In this document: in pieces, positions 48,407 to 58,400 of the stretch
Layout: every line of letters begins with the position of its first letter
How positions within the stretch are numbered: the stretch's first letter is position 1
Source: Escherichia coli
Lineage (GTDB): Bacteria; Pseudomonadota; Gammaproteobacteria; Enterobacterales; Enterobacteriaceae
Assembly: GCF_016026235.1 (NCBI RefSeq)
Contig: NZ_CP065613.1
DNA: 64,000 nt
Direction: 5' to 3' (one strand)
Translations under genes and position numbers: made by a program
The notes under the pieces: model-generated
Told to the model about the DNA's origin: nothing
The model's database searches: none
Seen by the model: only the letters and a program-made list of their open reading frames with translations

Positions 48407-49645
48407 TCATGATAATGTAGCATGCAGAAGCCATGATAATAGCAGCGCTTCATAGTAGCCCTCCTGAGCCCCAAAGACCTTTATTGCCTGTTGCATGTAC
48501 CATTCACACAGCAACCAGGCATTTTCGACATATTCTTTTTTTATCGCGCATTCACCTTCAGTATAGTAACTCAGCAGCGCGGCCAGACGTGCAACATTAT
48601 TCGGAAGTTTGGATGCAAAATCATTCATGTTTGCATATTCCCTGTCGGGGCCAATACTGCTTTCTATTTCATCGTGAATTTCTTTCCACGCCGCCAAGGC
48701 TGAGGGCTCGAATGATAAACATGTCTGATGCCCAGTCCCGTGTTGAGAAGCACTTTTTTCTATCAGTTCATTCATACGTTGGTAGAAGCGATTAAGATTC
48801 TCCAGCTTACCTGACTGAGGGGAAGATAGACGACTAATAAAACGCTGGCCCTGTGTCGATAATTTCGCATCAATATACAAGATAAAACAGCGTGCAAACA
48901 AACCACTCCCGCGTGCATGTTCGCCCTTGCGTTTTAAAAAATCGTAAAATATTGCTTTTTGTACCATGACTAACAACGTAATACGTCCATTCTTAATCGT
49001 AAAACTTGGCCCTGTTTTCCGATTAACATGAAAACTTTCATCATCCCATATGGAGTTCATAAATCCCAAATCACTCATAGTCCGTCTGCTAAGTATATTA
49101 GCCCCCTCATCAGTTATTAGTCCTGTTTGTGGCGAGTGGGTATACATTTCAAACTGCAGGGCTTCAGGGGTGACATTATTATAAATATACCTTTTGGCTT
49201 TCGGTTGTACTGGCTTTTCAGCAGATAACTGTTCTAACTGCCGTGAAAGTTTATCTGTACATAGTCCTTTCATAGTGTCTTTATCAATGCATTTCAGAAG
49301 TGCATTTTCTTTCTTGCTCCATATTTTAGACTGGACCTCATGTTCTTTCTTCTGCTTTTCATACTGGAGTAATACACGCAGATCATGCTCATGAAAAGGT
49401 TTTAACAGCAGTTTTTCCACCGCTGTTTTTCTCTCGCCAGAATCTGCTATCACGAATGAATACAATGACACCGGAGACTTCATGGTGTCTGTTATTTTTA
49501 CATTAATCAGGCTCTGACACGCCAGTGATAATCCACTCAGCAATGTTAATGCAATCATTTCCCCCGGGGCTCGTGTGCATTCCTCAATATCAAAAATAGT
49601 TTCAAGCAATGACGAGGGGAAAGCGTTAAATGGAAACTCCTGCAT
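48407..49645 (-). CDS. hypothetical prophage protein, 412 aa (probably the replication/primase-associated partner of the YfjJ-like gene)
   Basis: Long ORF MQEFPFNAFPSSLLETIFDIEECTRAPGEMIALTLLSGLSLACQ...; co-oriented and adjacent to the YfjJ-like gene. Confidence 0.6.
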   Translation of the reverse strand: MQEFPFNAFPSSLLETIFDIEECTRAPGEMIALTLLSGLSLACQSLINVKITDTMKSPVSLYSFVIADSGERKTAVEKLLLKPFHEHDLRVLLQYEKQKKEHEVQSKIWSKKENALLKCIDKDTMKGLCTDKLSRQLEQLSAEKPVQPKAKRYIYNNVTPEALQFEMYTHSPQTGLITDEGANILSRRTMSDLGFMNSIWDDESFHVNRKTGPSFTIKNGRITLLVMVQKAIFYDFLKRKGEHARGSGLFARCFILYIDAKLSTQGQRFISRLSSPQSGKLENLNRFYQRMNELIEKSASQHGTGHQTCLSFEPSALAAWKEIHDEIESSIGPDREYANMNDFASKLPNNVARLAALLSYYTEGECAIKKEYVENAWLLCEWYMQQAIKVFGAQEGYYEALLLSWLLHATLS

Positions 49646-49932
49646 GACAATACCTCCAGAAAATGTTGTTTTGATAATTGAAAACTAATCTGGAATGCGA
49701 TCGCAAGTCAATATGAAAAACTGATATTTAGTCTAGTCAGACAGCGTTGGACTAAATTAGTCAAGTGGCAGCTTCTGGTATTTTCATTCGCCTGTGCTTT
49801 CTTTATAAAAACACAGACGAGTAATGTCAGTACGGAGATATACTGCCAGGTAATATGATTTAAATAATTCTCAGATATATATAACCTCAGTGAATTTCCA
49901 CCCGTTTTAATCCAACAGGTCATCCCCACCGG

Positions 49933-50847
49933 ATGGCCTTTTTTCATTCAGAGGCCGATATGAAACATCCCTCGGGTTATACCCTTATCCGTCGCCATCT
50001 GCGGCGTTATCCACACGCGCTACGCCAGCATTTGCTGCAGGAGCTCAACCGACTCGTTACGTATGAACCGGTGATTGGCATCATGGGAAAAACCGGCGTC
50101 GGCAAATCCTCGCTGTGCAATGCACTGTTCCGGAGCGAAGTCTGTACTGTCAATGCCGTGGAAGCCTGCACCCGTCAGCCACAGCGTGTCCGGCTGCGCT
50201 TCGGCAGCCATTATCTGACGCTGGTCGACTTGCCCGGAGTGGGCGAGTCTGTTACCCGCGACGGTGAATACCGTGAGCTGTATCGTGACCTCATGCCACA
50301 GCTCGATATGGTGCTGTGGGTGCTCAAGGCCGATGACCGCGCATTTGCGGTGGAAGAGCAATTTTATCAGGACGTGTTCGCGCAGTTCAGAGGACCGATA
50401 CCGCCAGTGCTGTGGATACTCAACCAAGTGGACAAAACCGAACCTGCCGAGCAGTGGCGATGGTTGTCGGCTCAACCCTCGGCGTTACAGGCGGAGCGTA
50501 TTGCGCAGAAACGGCAGGCTGTGGCACGTCAGTTGCAGATAGCAGAAATAGATATTCTGCCAGTCTCTGTCCGGGGGCGTTACCGGCTGCCGCGCCTGGT
50601 GGAGACCATGATTACCCGCCTCCCAAAGCAAGCCCGCAGTCCACTTGTGCCTCATCTGCAGAACCGGTATCGCACTGATACCGTTATCAATACCGCCAGC
50701 AGCAGCTTTGGCGATGCCGTGGTAGAGGTGATTGATAACATCATTGACCTCGCACCGCTGCCGCAGGTGGCCCGCACAGCACTGCATGCGGTGACCCACA
50801 CCGTCGCCCGCGCGGCAGGCTCCCTGTGGGGATTTTTCTTCGGCTAG
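49933..50847 (+). CDS. yfjP: YfjP/YkfA/YeeP-family GTPase (Era-like small GTPase of CP4-type prophages)
   Basis: G1 motif GIMGKTGVGKSS, G3 DLPGVGES; alternative start at MKHPSGYT (49960). Confidence 0.85.
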   Translation: MAFFHSEADMKHPSGYTLIRRHLRRYPHALRQHLLQELNRLVTYEPVIGIMGKTGVGKSSLCNALFRSEVCTVNAVEACTRQPQRVRLRFGSHYLTLVDLPGVGESVTRDGEYRELYRDLMPQLDMVLWVLKADDRAFAVEEQFYQDVFAQFRGPIPPVLWILNQVDKTEPAEQWRWLSAQPSALQAERIAQKRQAVARQLQIAEIDILPVSVRGRYRLPRLVETMITRLPKQARSPLVPHLQNRYRTDTVINTASSSFGDAVVEVIDNIIDLAPLPQVARTALHAVTHTVARAAGSLWGFFFG

Positions 50848-51059
50848 TCACTTCGCTTTCGATGAGCGGCCTTGCCGTTTTCGATAAGTTTCTTTGTTTC
50901 ATTACGATCGATTTTGTCGATCGAGCCGATCGATATTCATCGTTGTACATGATTAATCCGGTAGCCACATAATCCACAGGGCATTATGTGATTTGTTAAT
51001 TTTAACCATCAAAATCAATGCGATGTATCGCAGGGATTGTCACGCATTAAGGAAAGTAT

Positions 51060-51218
51060 ATGCCGTTAATTCTGTTATGGGGCGGTCTGGCCCTGTTGCT
51101 GGGTATCGTGGCTTCCGCTAATGGACGCTCGTTCTGGGGCTGGTTCATTCTCGGTCTGATTATCGACCCGATACTGGCGGGGCTGCTGTACTGGCTTATT
51201 GCAAAGGACCGCACATGA
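51060..51218 (+). CDS. small hydrophobic membrane peptide (52 aa), unannotated-type small ORF
   Basis: ATG..TGA: MPLILLWGGLALLLGIVASANGRSFWGWFILGLIIDPILAGLLYWLIAKDRT; two predicted TM helices; below the ORF-track size cutoff. Confidence 0.4.
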   Translation: MPLILLWGGLALLLGIVASANGRSFWGWFILGLIIDPILAGLLYWLIAKDRT

Positions 51219-51343
51219 AAACATTTCTGCGTCTGTTCGGTAAGTTCACCCGCTGGTACATCACCCTCATTATCTTTATGGCCTGCCTACTGCTCATTAT
51301 CACCACCCTGGGCAATATGGCTGGCTTCTGACAGGACACTCCA

Positions 51344-51808
51344 ATGAAAAATAAACTGGTTATTTCATTTTTACTGGCTTCAGTGCTGACGCCTTCTGTC
51401 TCGCATGCGTTTGGCAACCCTGATAGCTGGGTAAGTGGCTATGCGCAGGGAACGTCTGAATACACCATCCTCGGTAAAGGGCAATCACAACTTTATCTGG
51501 CCTGCGATAGTTCCGGCTCACAGCCAGCGACCATTATCTTCACTGACGTGAACGGCCAACAGGTCAGGATGGACAGCGGCCAGACACTTGCCATGAGAAT
51601 TGATAACGCTGAAGAAGTGAATATCAGCGAAAGCGAGTCTCATGTGGGATCTGACAATGTGATGTGGGCATGGAACAAATTACGCACCGGCAAACGTGTT
51701 GTGGTTTCAGGTAGCGGGGTAAAACCTGCCACTTTCACTTTAGCGGGGGCTGCTGCAGTTCTTCCTGCCTTCGGTGACAACGGCTGTGTGCCCGGATTTG
51801 CACTGTAG
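51344..51808 (+). CDS. secreted hypothetical protein (signal peptide)
   Basis: 154 aa, MKNKLVISFLLASVLTPSVSHAFG signal sequence. Confidence 0.7.
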   Translation: MKNKLVISFLLASVLTPSVSHAFGNPDSWVSGYAQGTSEYTILGKGQSQLYLACDSSGSQPATIIFTDVNGQQVRMDSGQTLAMRIDNAEEVNISESESHVGSDNVMWAWNKLRTGKRVVVSGSGVKPATFTLAGAAAVLPAFGDNGCVPGFAL

Positions 51809-51842
51809 CTCTGCCTCACTCTTACAGATTAAAGGAAATTTA

Positions 51843-52184
51843 ATGAAGAAAATTATTACAGTCGCAGCACTCAGTCTGCTGTCATTTTCTTCGCTGGCCG
51901 GGTCTTCACCTGTTAGCGTCAGCGTCAGCCCGGGAAGCTACAGTCACTATTCATCGATTCGGGTTACATCAAAAGTCGATTCGATTGTGATTAAACAACT
52001 CATTGTCAACAGGGGAAACTGCCAGGATGCAGAATTCGCCAGCCCCTGGAAACCGGTACGTCTGGGATTTGGCGGTGCTGTATCCCATGAATTTACCGGC
52101 AAGGGGCTGATGGTTCCCTGTAATGTACTGGAAGTAGTTGTCCAGACAAGCGAAGGCGCATGGCAGTTTGATTTTGACAGCTGA
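51843..52184 (+). CDS. secreted hypothetical protein (signal peptide)
   Basis: Start taken at MKKIITVAALSLLSFSSLAGSSPVSVS (113 aa); the track ORF 51774.. extends upstream in frame. Confidence 0.7.
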   Translation: MKKIITVAALSLLSFSSLAGSSPVSVSVSPGSYSHYSSIRVTSKVDSIVIKQLIVNRGNCQDAEFASPWKPVRLGFGGAVSHEFTGKGLMVPCNVLEVVVQTSEGAWQFDFDS

Positions 52185-52275
52185 CACCGCGCGCTTTTCC
52201 ACCTTTCTTTTCTATCTGAACGCCCTGCTCAAACGAGCAGGGCGTTTTCTTTTGCCTCTCTTAAAGGAATTACTT

Positions 52276-53097
52276 ATGAGATTAGCCAGCCGCTTTGGCC
52301 GTATAAACCAGATACGCCGTGACCGTCCTCTGACCCATGAAGAGCTGATGAGTCATGTTCCCAGTGTATTCGGGAGTGACAAACATGAATCGCGTTCAGA
52401 CCGTTACACCTACATTCCGACCATCACCATCCTCGAAAGCCTGCAGCGCGAGGGTTTTCAGCCGTTCTTTGCCTGCCAGACAAAGGTTCGGGACCAGAGC
52501 AAACGGGAGCACACCAAACACATGCTTCGCCTGCGTCGCGCCGGGCAGCTAAACGGTCATCAGGTACCGGAAATCATTTTACTCAACAGCCATGACGGCT
52601 CATCAAGCTACCAGATGCTGCCGGGGTTGTTTCGTGGCGTCTGTACTAACGGTCTGGTCTGCGGTCAGTCATTCGGAGAGGTGCGGGTACCACATAAAGG
52701 TAATGTCGTTGAGAAGGTAATTGAAGGGGCTTACGAAGTTCTCGGGGTATTTGACTGGGTGGATGAAAAGCGTGATGCCATGGCGTCACTTTTACTTCCG
52801 CCACCAGCACAGCACGCTCTGGCGAATGCCGCGCTGAAATATCGCTTTGGTGAGGACCACCAGCCGGTCACGGTATCGCAGTTGCTGACCTCACGTCGCC
52901 GGGAGGATTGCAGCGATGACCTGTGGACCGTCTACCAGCGCGTGCAGGAGAACCTGATGAAAGGGGGATTGTCAGGACGAACCGCACAGGGGAAAAGCAG
53001 TCGCACCCGTGCCGTTACCGGTATTAATGGCGACGTGAAGCTCAATCGTGCCCTGTGGGTAATGGCAGAGAATATGCTCGAGTTTTTCGGGCGTTAA
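52276..53097 (+). CDS. yfjQ: DUF932-family protein (YafZ/YfjQ-like)
   Basis: Start at MRLASRFGRINQIRRDRPLTHEELMSHVPSVFGSDKHESRSDRYTYIPTI (273 aa), typical of CP4-type prophage DUF932 proteins. Confidence 0.8.
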   Translation: MRLASRFGRINQIRRDRPLTHEELMSHVPSVFGSDKHESRSDRYTYIPTITILESLQREGFQPFFACQTKVRDQSKREHTKHMLRLRRAGQLNGHQVPEIILLNSHDGSSSYQMLPGLFRGVCTNGLVCGQSFGEVRVPHKGNVVEKVIEGAYEVLGVFDWVDEKRDAMASLLLPPPAQHALANAALKYRFGEDHQPVTVSQLLTSRRREDCSDDLWTVYQRVQENLMKGGLSGRTAQGKSSRTRAVTGINGDVKLNRALWVMAENMLEFFGR

Positions 53098-53127
53098 ACA
53101 ACGATACAAGCATAAGGAGATAGTTTC

Positions 53128-53571
53128 ATGGATACACAAAACCTTCAGTTCGCTGAGCAGACAGCAATTACTGCCTCTGTGGTACCTGACGAGTTACGCA
53201 TCGGCTTCTGGCCACAGCACTTTGGCTCCATCCCGCAATGGATAACCCTTGAGCCCAGAATTTTTGCCTGGATGGACCGTCTGTGTACCGATTATCACGG
53301 TGGTATCTGGCACTTTTCGACGCTCAGCAACGGCGGCGCTTTTATGGCCCCTGAGTCAGAGCAGGATGAGAAGTGGAAATTGTTCAACAGTATGAATGGC
53401 AACGGCGCGGAACTTACTGGTGAAGCTGCAGGGATAGTCGCCTGTCTGATGGTATACAGCCATCATGCCTGCCGTATCGAATGTGACGCGATGACAGAGC
53501 ACTATTATCGCTTACGAGACTTCGCGCTAAACCATCCAGAGTGCAGTGCCATTATGTATCTAATCGACTGA
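53128..53571 (+). CDS. yfjX: antirestriction protein (KlcA/ArdB-like; YfjX family)
   Basis: 147 aa MDTQNLQFAEQTAITASVVPDELRIGFWPQHFGSIPQWITLEP... Confidence 0.8.
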   Translation: MDTQNLQFAEQTAITASVVPDELRIGFWPQHFGSIPQWITLEPRIFAWMDRLCTDYHGGIWHFSTLSNGGAFMAPESEQDEKWKLFNSMNGNGAELTGEAAGIVACLMVYSHHACRIECDAMTEHYYRLRDFALNHPECSAIMYLID

Positions 53572-53583
53572 GGGATACCTGAC

Positions 53584-54126
53584 ATGAATACCGTATTATG
53601 CCCGGAGTCTTCACAGCGCGAACTATTTCCGCTGACGGTTATGGCACAACATGGTTACCTGCTCCCTGCGACTTCCGGATTGACACCCTATGCCCAACGG
53701 ACCATTCGCCGGGCTATCAATCTGCTGGATAAATATCTGCGCCAGCCCGGCATATCCTTTACATCAAGTATTGCTGCCCGTGACTGGCTTCGGTTACAGC
53801 TGGCAGGACAAGAACGGGAAGTGTTTATGGTGCTCTATCTCGATAATCAGCACCGTTTACTGGAGAGCGAAACGCTGTTTGCCGGTTCGGTTTACCATGT
53901 CCAGGTCCATCCCCGTGAAGTGGTAAAGTCTGCACTTCGCTTCAATGCTGCCGCTGTCGTATTGGCGCACAACCATCCATCCGGCGATCCGGAGCCCAGC
54001 AAAGTCGATCGGCAGATGACTGACAAACTGAAGGAGGTGCTGGGACTGGTTGATGTGAAAACGCTCGATCACCTGGTTGTCGGTCAGGATGGCATTGTGT
54101 CGTTTGCAGAACGAGGCTGGATATGA
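53584..54126 (+). CDS. yfjY: RadC-like JAB-domain protein (YfjY/YeeS family)
   Basis: 180 aa; JAMM motif region HNHPSGDPEPSKVDRQMT. Confidence 0.85.
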   Translation: MNTVLCPESSQRELFPLTVMAQHGYLLPATSGLTPYAQRTIRRAINLLDKYLRQPGISFTSSIAARDWLRLQLAGQEREVFMVLYLDNQHRLLESETLFAGSVYHVQVHPREVVKSALRFNAAAVVLAHNHPSGDPEPSKVDRQMTDKLKEVLGLVDVKTLDHLVVGQDGIVSFAERGWI

Positions 54127-54344
54127 AAATCATCAGTAAGCGCCAGGCCATGGCTCTGTACCGGCAACATCCGGGCTCCCGACTGTTTCGCTTCTGTACC
54201 GGCAAATATAAATGGACTGGCAGTATCTGCCATTATGCTGGCTGGGAAGTTCAGGACATACGCAACGTTCTGGCCGTCTTTGCTGAGCGCCGTCAGGATC
54301 GTAATGGTCCCTATGTCATTCTTCGAAGTGTCACTCTTAATTAA
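54123..54344 (+). CDS. ypjJ: DUF987-family protein (YpjJ/YeeT-like)
   Basis: 73 aa MKIISKRQAMALYRQHPGSRLFRFCTGKYKWTGSICHYAGWEV...; start overlaps the stop of the RadC-like gene. Confidence 0.8.
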   Translation: MKIISKRQAMALYRQHPGSRLFRFCTGKYKWTGSICHYAGWEVQDIRNVLAVFAERRQDRNGPYVILRSVTLN

Positions 54345-54369
54345 TCCTTCCCTTTAATCAGGAACAATA

Positions 54370-54735
54370 ATGAACAATCACTCAGTATTCGGTACCAAAC
54401 CGGAGAATCTTACCTGCCAGGAGTGGGGACTAAAGCGCACGATCACCCCCTGTTTTGGCGCTCGTCTGGTGCAGGAAGGTAACCGGGTGCATTTTCTCGC
54501 TGACAGGGCCGGATTCAACGGTGCTTTCATCGACGATAACGCGCTACGCCTGGATCTGGCCTTTCCGTTGATACTCAAGCAACTGGAGCTGATGCTCACC
54601 AGCGGAGAACTCTCTCCCCGGCATGAGCACTGCGTCACGCTATATCACAATGGACTGACTTGCGAAGCCGATACACTCGGCTCCTGTGGCTATGTCTACA
54701 TCGCTATTTATCCCGACCAGCCTGAACCCCATTAA
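54370..54735 (+). CDS. yfjZ: type IV toxin-antitoxin antitoxin (CbeA/YfjZ/YagB family)
   Basis: 121 aa ...GARLVQEGNRVHFLADRAGFNG...PRHEHCVTLYHNGLTCEADTLGSCGYVYIAIYP. Confidence 0.85.
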   Translation: MNNHSVFGTKPENLTCQEWGLKRTITPCFGARLVQEGNRVHFLADRAGFNGAFIDDNALRLDLAFPLILKQLELMLTSGELSPRHEHCVTLYHNGLTCEADTLGSCGYVYIAIYPDQPEPH

Positions 54736-54772
54736 CTCTACGCTTATCTCTTAAACTCATAGAGCAAACATC

Positions 54773-55102
54773 ATGCAAACCTTATCATCACACCCGACAA
54801 GGGCGACTCAGCCCTGTCTGTCACCCGTTGAAACCTGGCAACGGCTGCTGACTCATCTGTTATCGCAGCACTATGGCCTCACGCTGAATGACACACCGTT
54901 CAGTAATGAAACCACCATACGTGAAGATATAGATGCCGGAGTATCGCTCAGCGATGCGGTGAACTTTCTGGTCGAAAAATACGAACTGGTTCGAATCGAC
55001 CGAAAGGGATTTTCGTGGCAAGAACAAACCCCGTATATTTCCGTAGTGGATATTCTGCGAGCAAGGCGCTCTACCGGCTTGCTAAAAACTAATGTGAAAT
55101 AA
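54773..55102 (+). CDS. ypjF: type IV toxin-antitoxin toxin (CbtA/YpjF/YkfI family; cytoskeleton-targeting)
   Basis: 109 aa ...[73 protein letters not shown]. Confidence 0.85.
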   Translation: MQTLSSHPTRATQPCLSPVETWQRLLTHLLSQHYGLTLNDTPFSNETTIREDIDAGVSLSDAVNFLVEKYELVRIDRKGFSWQEQTPYISVVDILRARRSTGLLKTNVK

Positions 55103-55460
55103 ACGCTTAAATACAGAGCAGACTTAAGGAAAGCAAAATGCTAATCTCACAGACGAAGAGACTCCTGCTGTAACCTCCCCTCCCTGCAAAATACCTGACA
55201 TTTTCTTTTAGGACCAACAATGGGACCAAAATGAAAATTGAACTGAAGGTTATCAGCCATTAAACAACAAGTTACAAACCCAATTCAGACTCCGCCAGCC
55301 AATCATGATTGGACGGTGTAAGGACAACACCAACAAAAACAGGAAGTTAGCAGTCTCAGCAGGACACCGACCAGACGGTGAGGAGACAAAAAAGATACGC
55401 AAAGGAGCCGCGGCTCCTGGCGACATGAAAGCCCACAGATGTGGGCTTTTTCGTTGATGG

Positions 55461-58400
55461 TCAGAACGACCAGTTCACACCAGCCACCGCGTTCCACGGG
55501 GATTCCACATCGGCACCGTTGCTATACCCCACCCCGAGATGCCCGCTTAACGTACTGCTGAATGAGGCTTTAATACCTGCCTGGTATATTCCACGTCTGC
55601 CCGACAAATCATTGACGAAATTACCGTCATTATTCACCTTCACCCGGTTATCATCGACAAATTCTTTGCGCACAGCCGCCTTCAGCCACGGCTCAACTTC
55701 CATACCGTTTCCCAGACGCATGTTGTAACTCAGCGTTGCGCCCAGTTCACGATATATACTGCGGGTATCGACTGATTTCGATTTCATGCCATTGGATAAA
55801 TGATATTCGGGGTTATCAGCGGTGAACCCCGTTAACGATGCATACGGCGTCAGGTTCCAGTTACCATCGGTAAATCGCATCCCGGTTTCAATGTGCCCCC
55901 CCAGCCCGTTGCTGTGATAACTGCCGTTGGCGGCTCCACCGCTGCTCATTTTACCGGCTACGTTACTTTCAAAACGGTTCAGCTTCACGATACCGTCCAG
56001 ATAGAAACCACTTTCATGTTCCCAACTGGCATAGCCGCCCAGAGAATAACTGCCCACACTGCCATGTCCTCCACGATCAAAACCGATATGTGAATGGGAA
56101 TAACCCATAAAAGCGCCCAGCGTCGCAATCCCCTCAGGAATATCATTACGGCTGTCGATCCCCACTGTCATTCCGGTCAGCGTCTGCTCAAACCCGGCAC
56201 CCGCATCGGTGGTGACATTATTACGGGTGTTATACGTCGCCCCCCAGACATTATTGTTGTGTGGACTCGCTTTCATTATGTTCAACCGCTCGCGAATACT
56301 GTTTAGCTCAGCATCAAATACCAACGGTAATGTTGCAGCCATATTGAGTACGGCTGCCGTAGAAGGCGTGATGCGTTTCTCCGGAACGGGTGTCGGCGTT
56401 GGATCGGGAGTCGGGTCTGGTTTCGGATCCGGTTTTGGGTCTGGTTTTGGATCCGGCTTCGGATTTGGGTTGGGATTTGGGTTGGGATCCGGGTTGGGTT
56501 TGACATCATTGGTCAGGTTCCAGTTGCTGTTGCCGTCGCTTTTCAGGACATACTCATAGGTCCCAAGATCAACGAAACCGCCGGTATTGCCCAGCGTAAA
56601 CGAAGCATCCCCTCCCCCTGTTTTCACCAGCGTCATCGCATCGTCAGACTGAGGGCTGACGCCGGTATCCTGAACAAAGATTTTAAAATTACCAGTGGCG
56701 TTGTTGTTGACGACCAGTTGATCGCCCCGGGAGCCAGCAACGTTGGTATGCAGGTAGAAATTACCGCTGCCGGAAAGTTCATTGGTTGTCAGCGTATTGT
56801 AGATACCGTTAGTTGTGGCAGGCGCTGCTGTTTGTGCTGATAAATAAACATCACCGTCGTTGAGTAGCAAACTGTTTACTCTATATTCGCAGTTGCTGGT
56901 ACCTGCACAGGAATTATTGCTGTTAAGCCAGACACTGCCCCGGCTGGCAGCCGTCAGGTCGGCAAGCGTGGTATCGACGCCATTTCCCAGAGTTAATGTC
57001 GCGCTATCGGTAATCCGGACCGCCCCTTCAAGTTTTACTGGCGTAACATTATCCCGTGGCGTGATTAACGACAGGCTTCCTGTCGCGCCACTGACCGATG
57101 CATCCGCCAGCGTACCTGCGTAGACGATTGCCGTCCCGCCAGCGACCTGTAGATCTTCTGCCCGGGCCAGAGCCTGAAACTCATCTTTTGACCGCCCAAG
57201 GGTATATTGCCCACCAGAGTTAACCTTTGTGGCGGAGTCCTGACCCAGGTTTTGCATTGCACCACCCTTGCCAACCGTGGAGTCATGGGCTTCGGTACCT
57301 GCTAATACCAATAAATTACCACCATTTTCCAGCAACATATTGGTCGCTAAATTTCCGGCAATGGAAAAGGTGCCGTACTGGTGAGTACCGCTGATTTCAA
57401 TACCGTTAGCCGTGCTCGTCTGGAGAGCGGCACCGCTGTTCTGGACGATATCTGTCGCTTTGCCATTATCGTTGACTGTCAGCGTTCCGCCTTCATTGAT
57501 CGTTGTTTTTATTGCTTCTCCGTTAGCTGAAACTGTTTGTATTCCGCCGTCGTTAATTGTTGTCTCATTCGCCACACCCTCGACGATTTGTTCACCGCCG
57601 GTGAGCGTCGTGCCTGTCGCAGTGGCTTTTGTTTTGACGATCTCCCGTCCGCCCGTATTGACCTGTGTTTTGTCAGAAGAGGTGTCTGACTCCACGGTTA
57701 ACACGCCGCCATTTGCCAGCTGGATATTGTTCGCCGCATCCTGCTCAATGCTGAACGCGACGCCATCAGCGCGTGTCCCTGTGACCCGCGTCGCCCTGGT
57801 GGTTGCAACCAACGCGCCCTGGCTACTCTGCTGTATCCCCGTTGCGCTGCCTTTCTCCCGCACATCGAGTGTGCCGCCGTCATTAAGCACCGAGTTTTCA
57901 GCCAGACCGCCCTCATTAACTACCTGTGAACCCCCATTAATAATGGAACCTTCCGCTGTCCCGTTTGCCATAATTTGTTGTAGGCCAGAGACGATATCGG
58001 TATTGATTGCCTTACCATAATTCTGAACGGTTTGCGTGCCACCATTGATGTGTGTTTTCTCTGTTGACCCACCATCAACAATTTGTTCACCACTTTCGAT
58101 ATTTGCTTCAGTGGCTAAACCATATACCGTTTGCTTGCCACCTTTGATATTTGCTTTATCAGAAGTGGCACTGGCATATATTGTTTGGGTGCCAGCACTA
58201 TTGAGTACAGTGCCAACATCTTTTCCATAAACATCCATTTTGCCGTTGGCATTAATAATCGTGTCAACTGCCCGGGAACCAGTGACGACTGTTAATGAGC
58301 CAGCGTTTTCCAGCACTACATTTTTAGCTTCTGAATTCCTGATGTAGAAAGCATCACCATAACTGTTGGTTCCTTCGATAAGTGTTCCGGAGGTCGTGGA

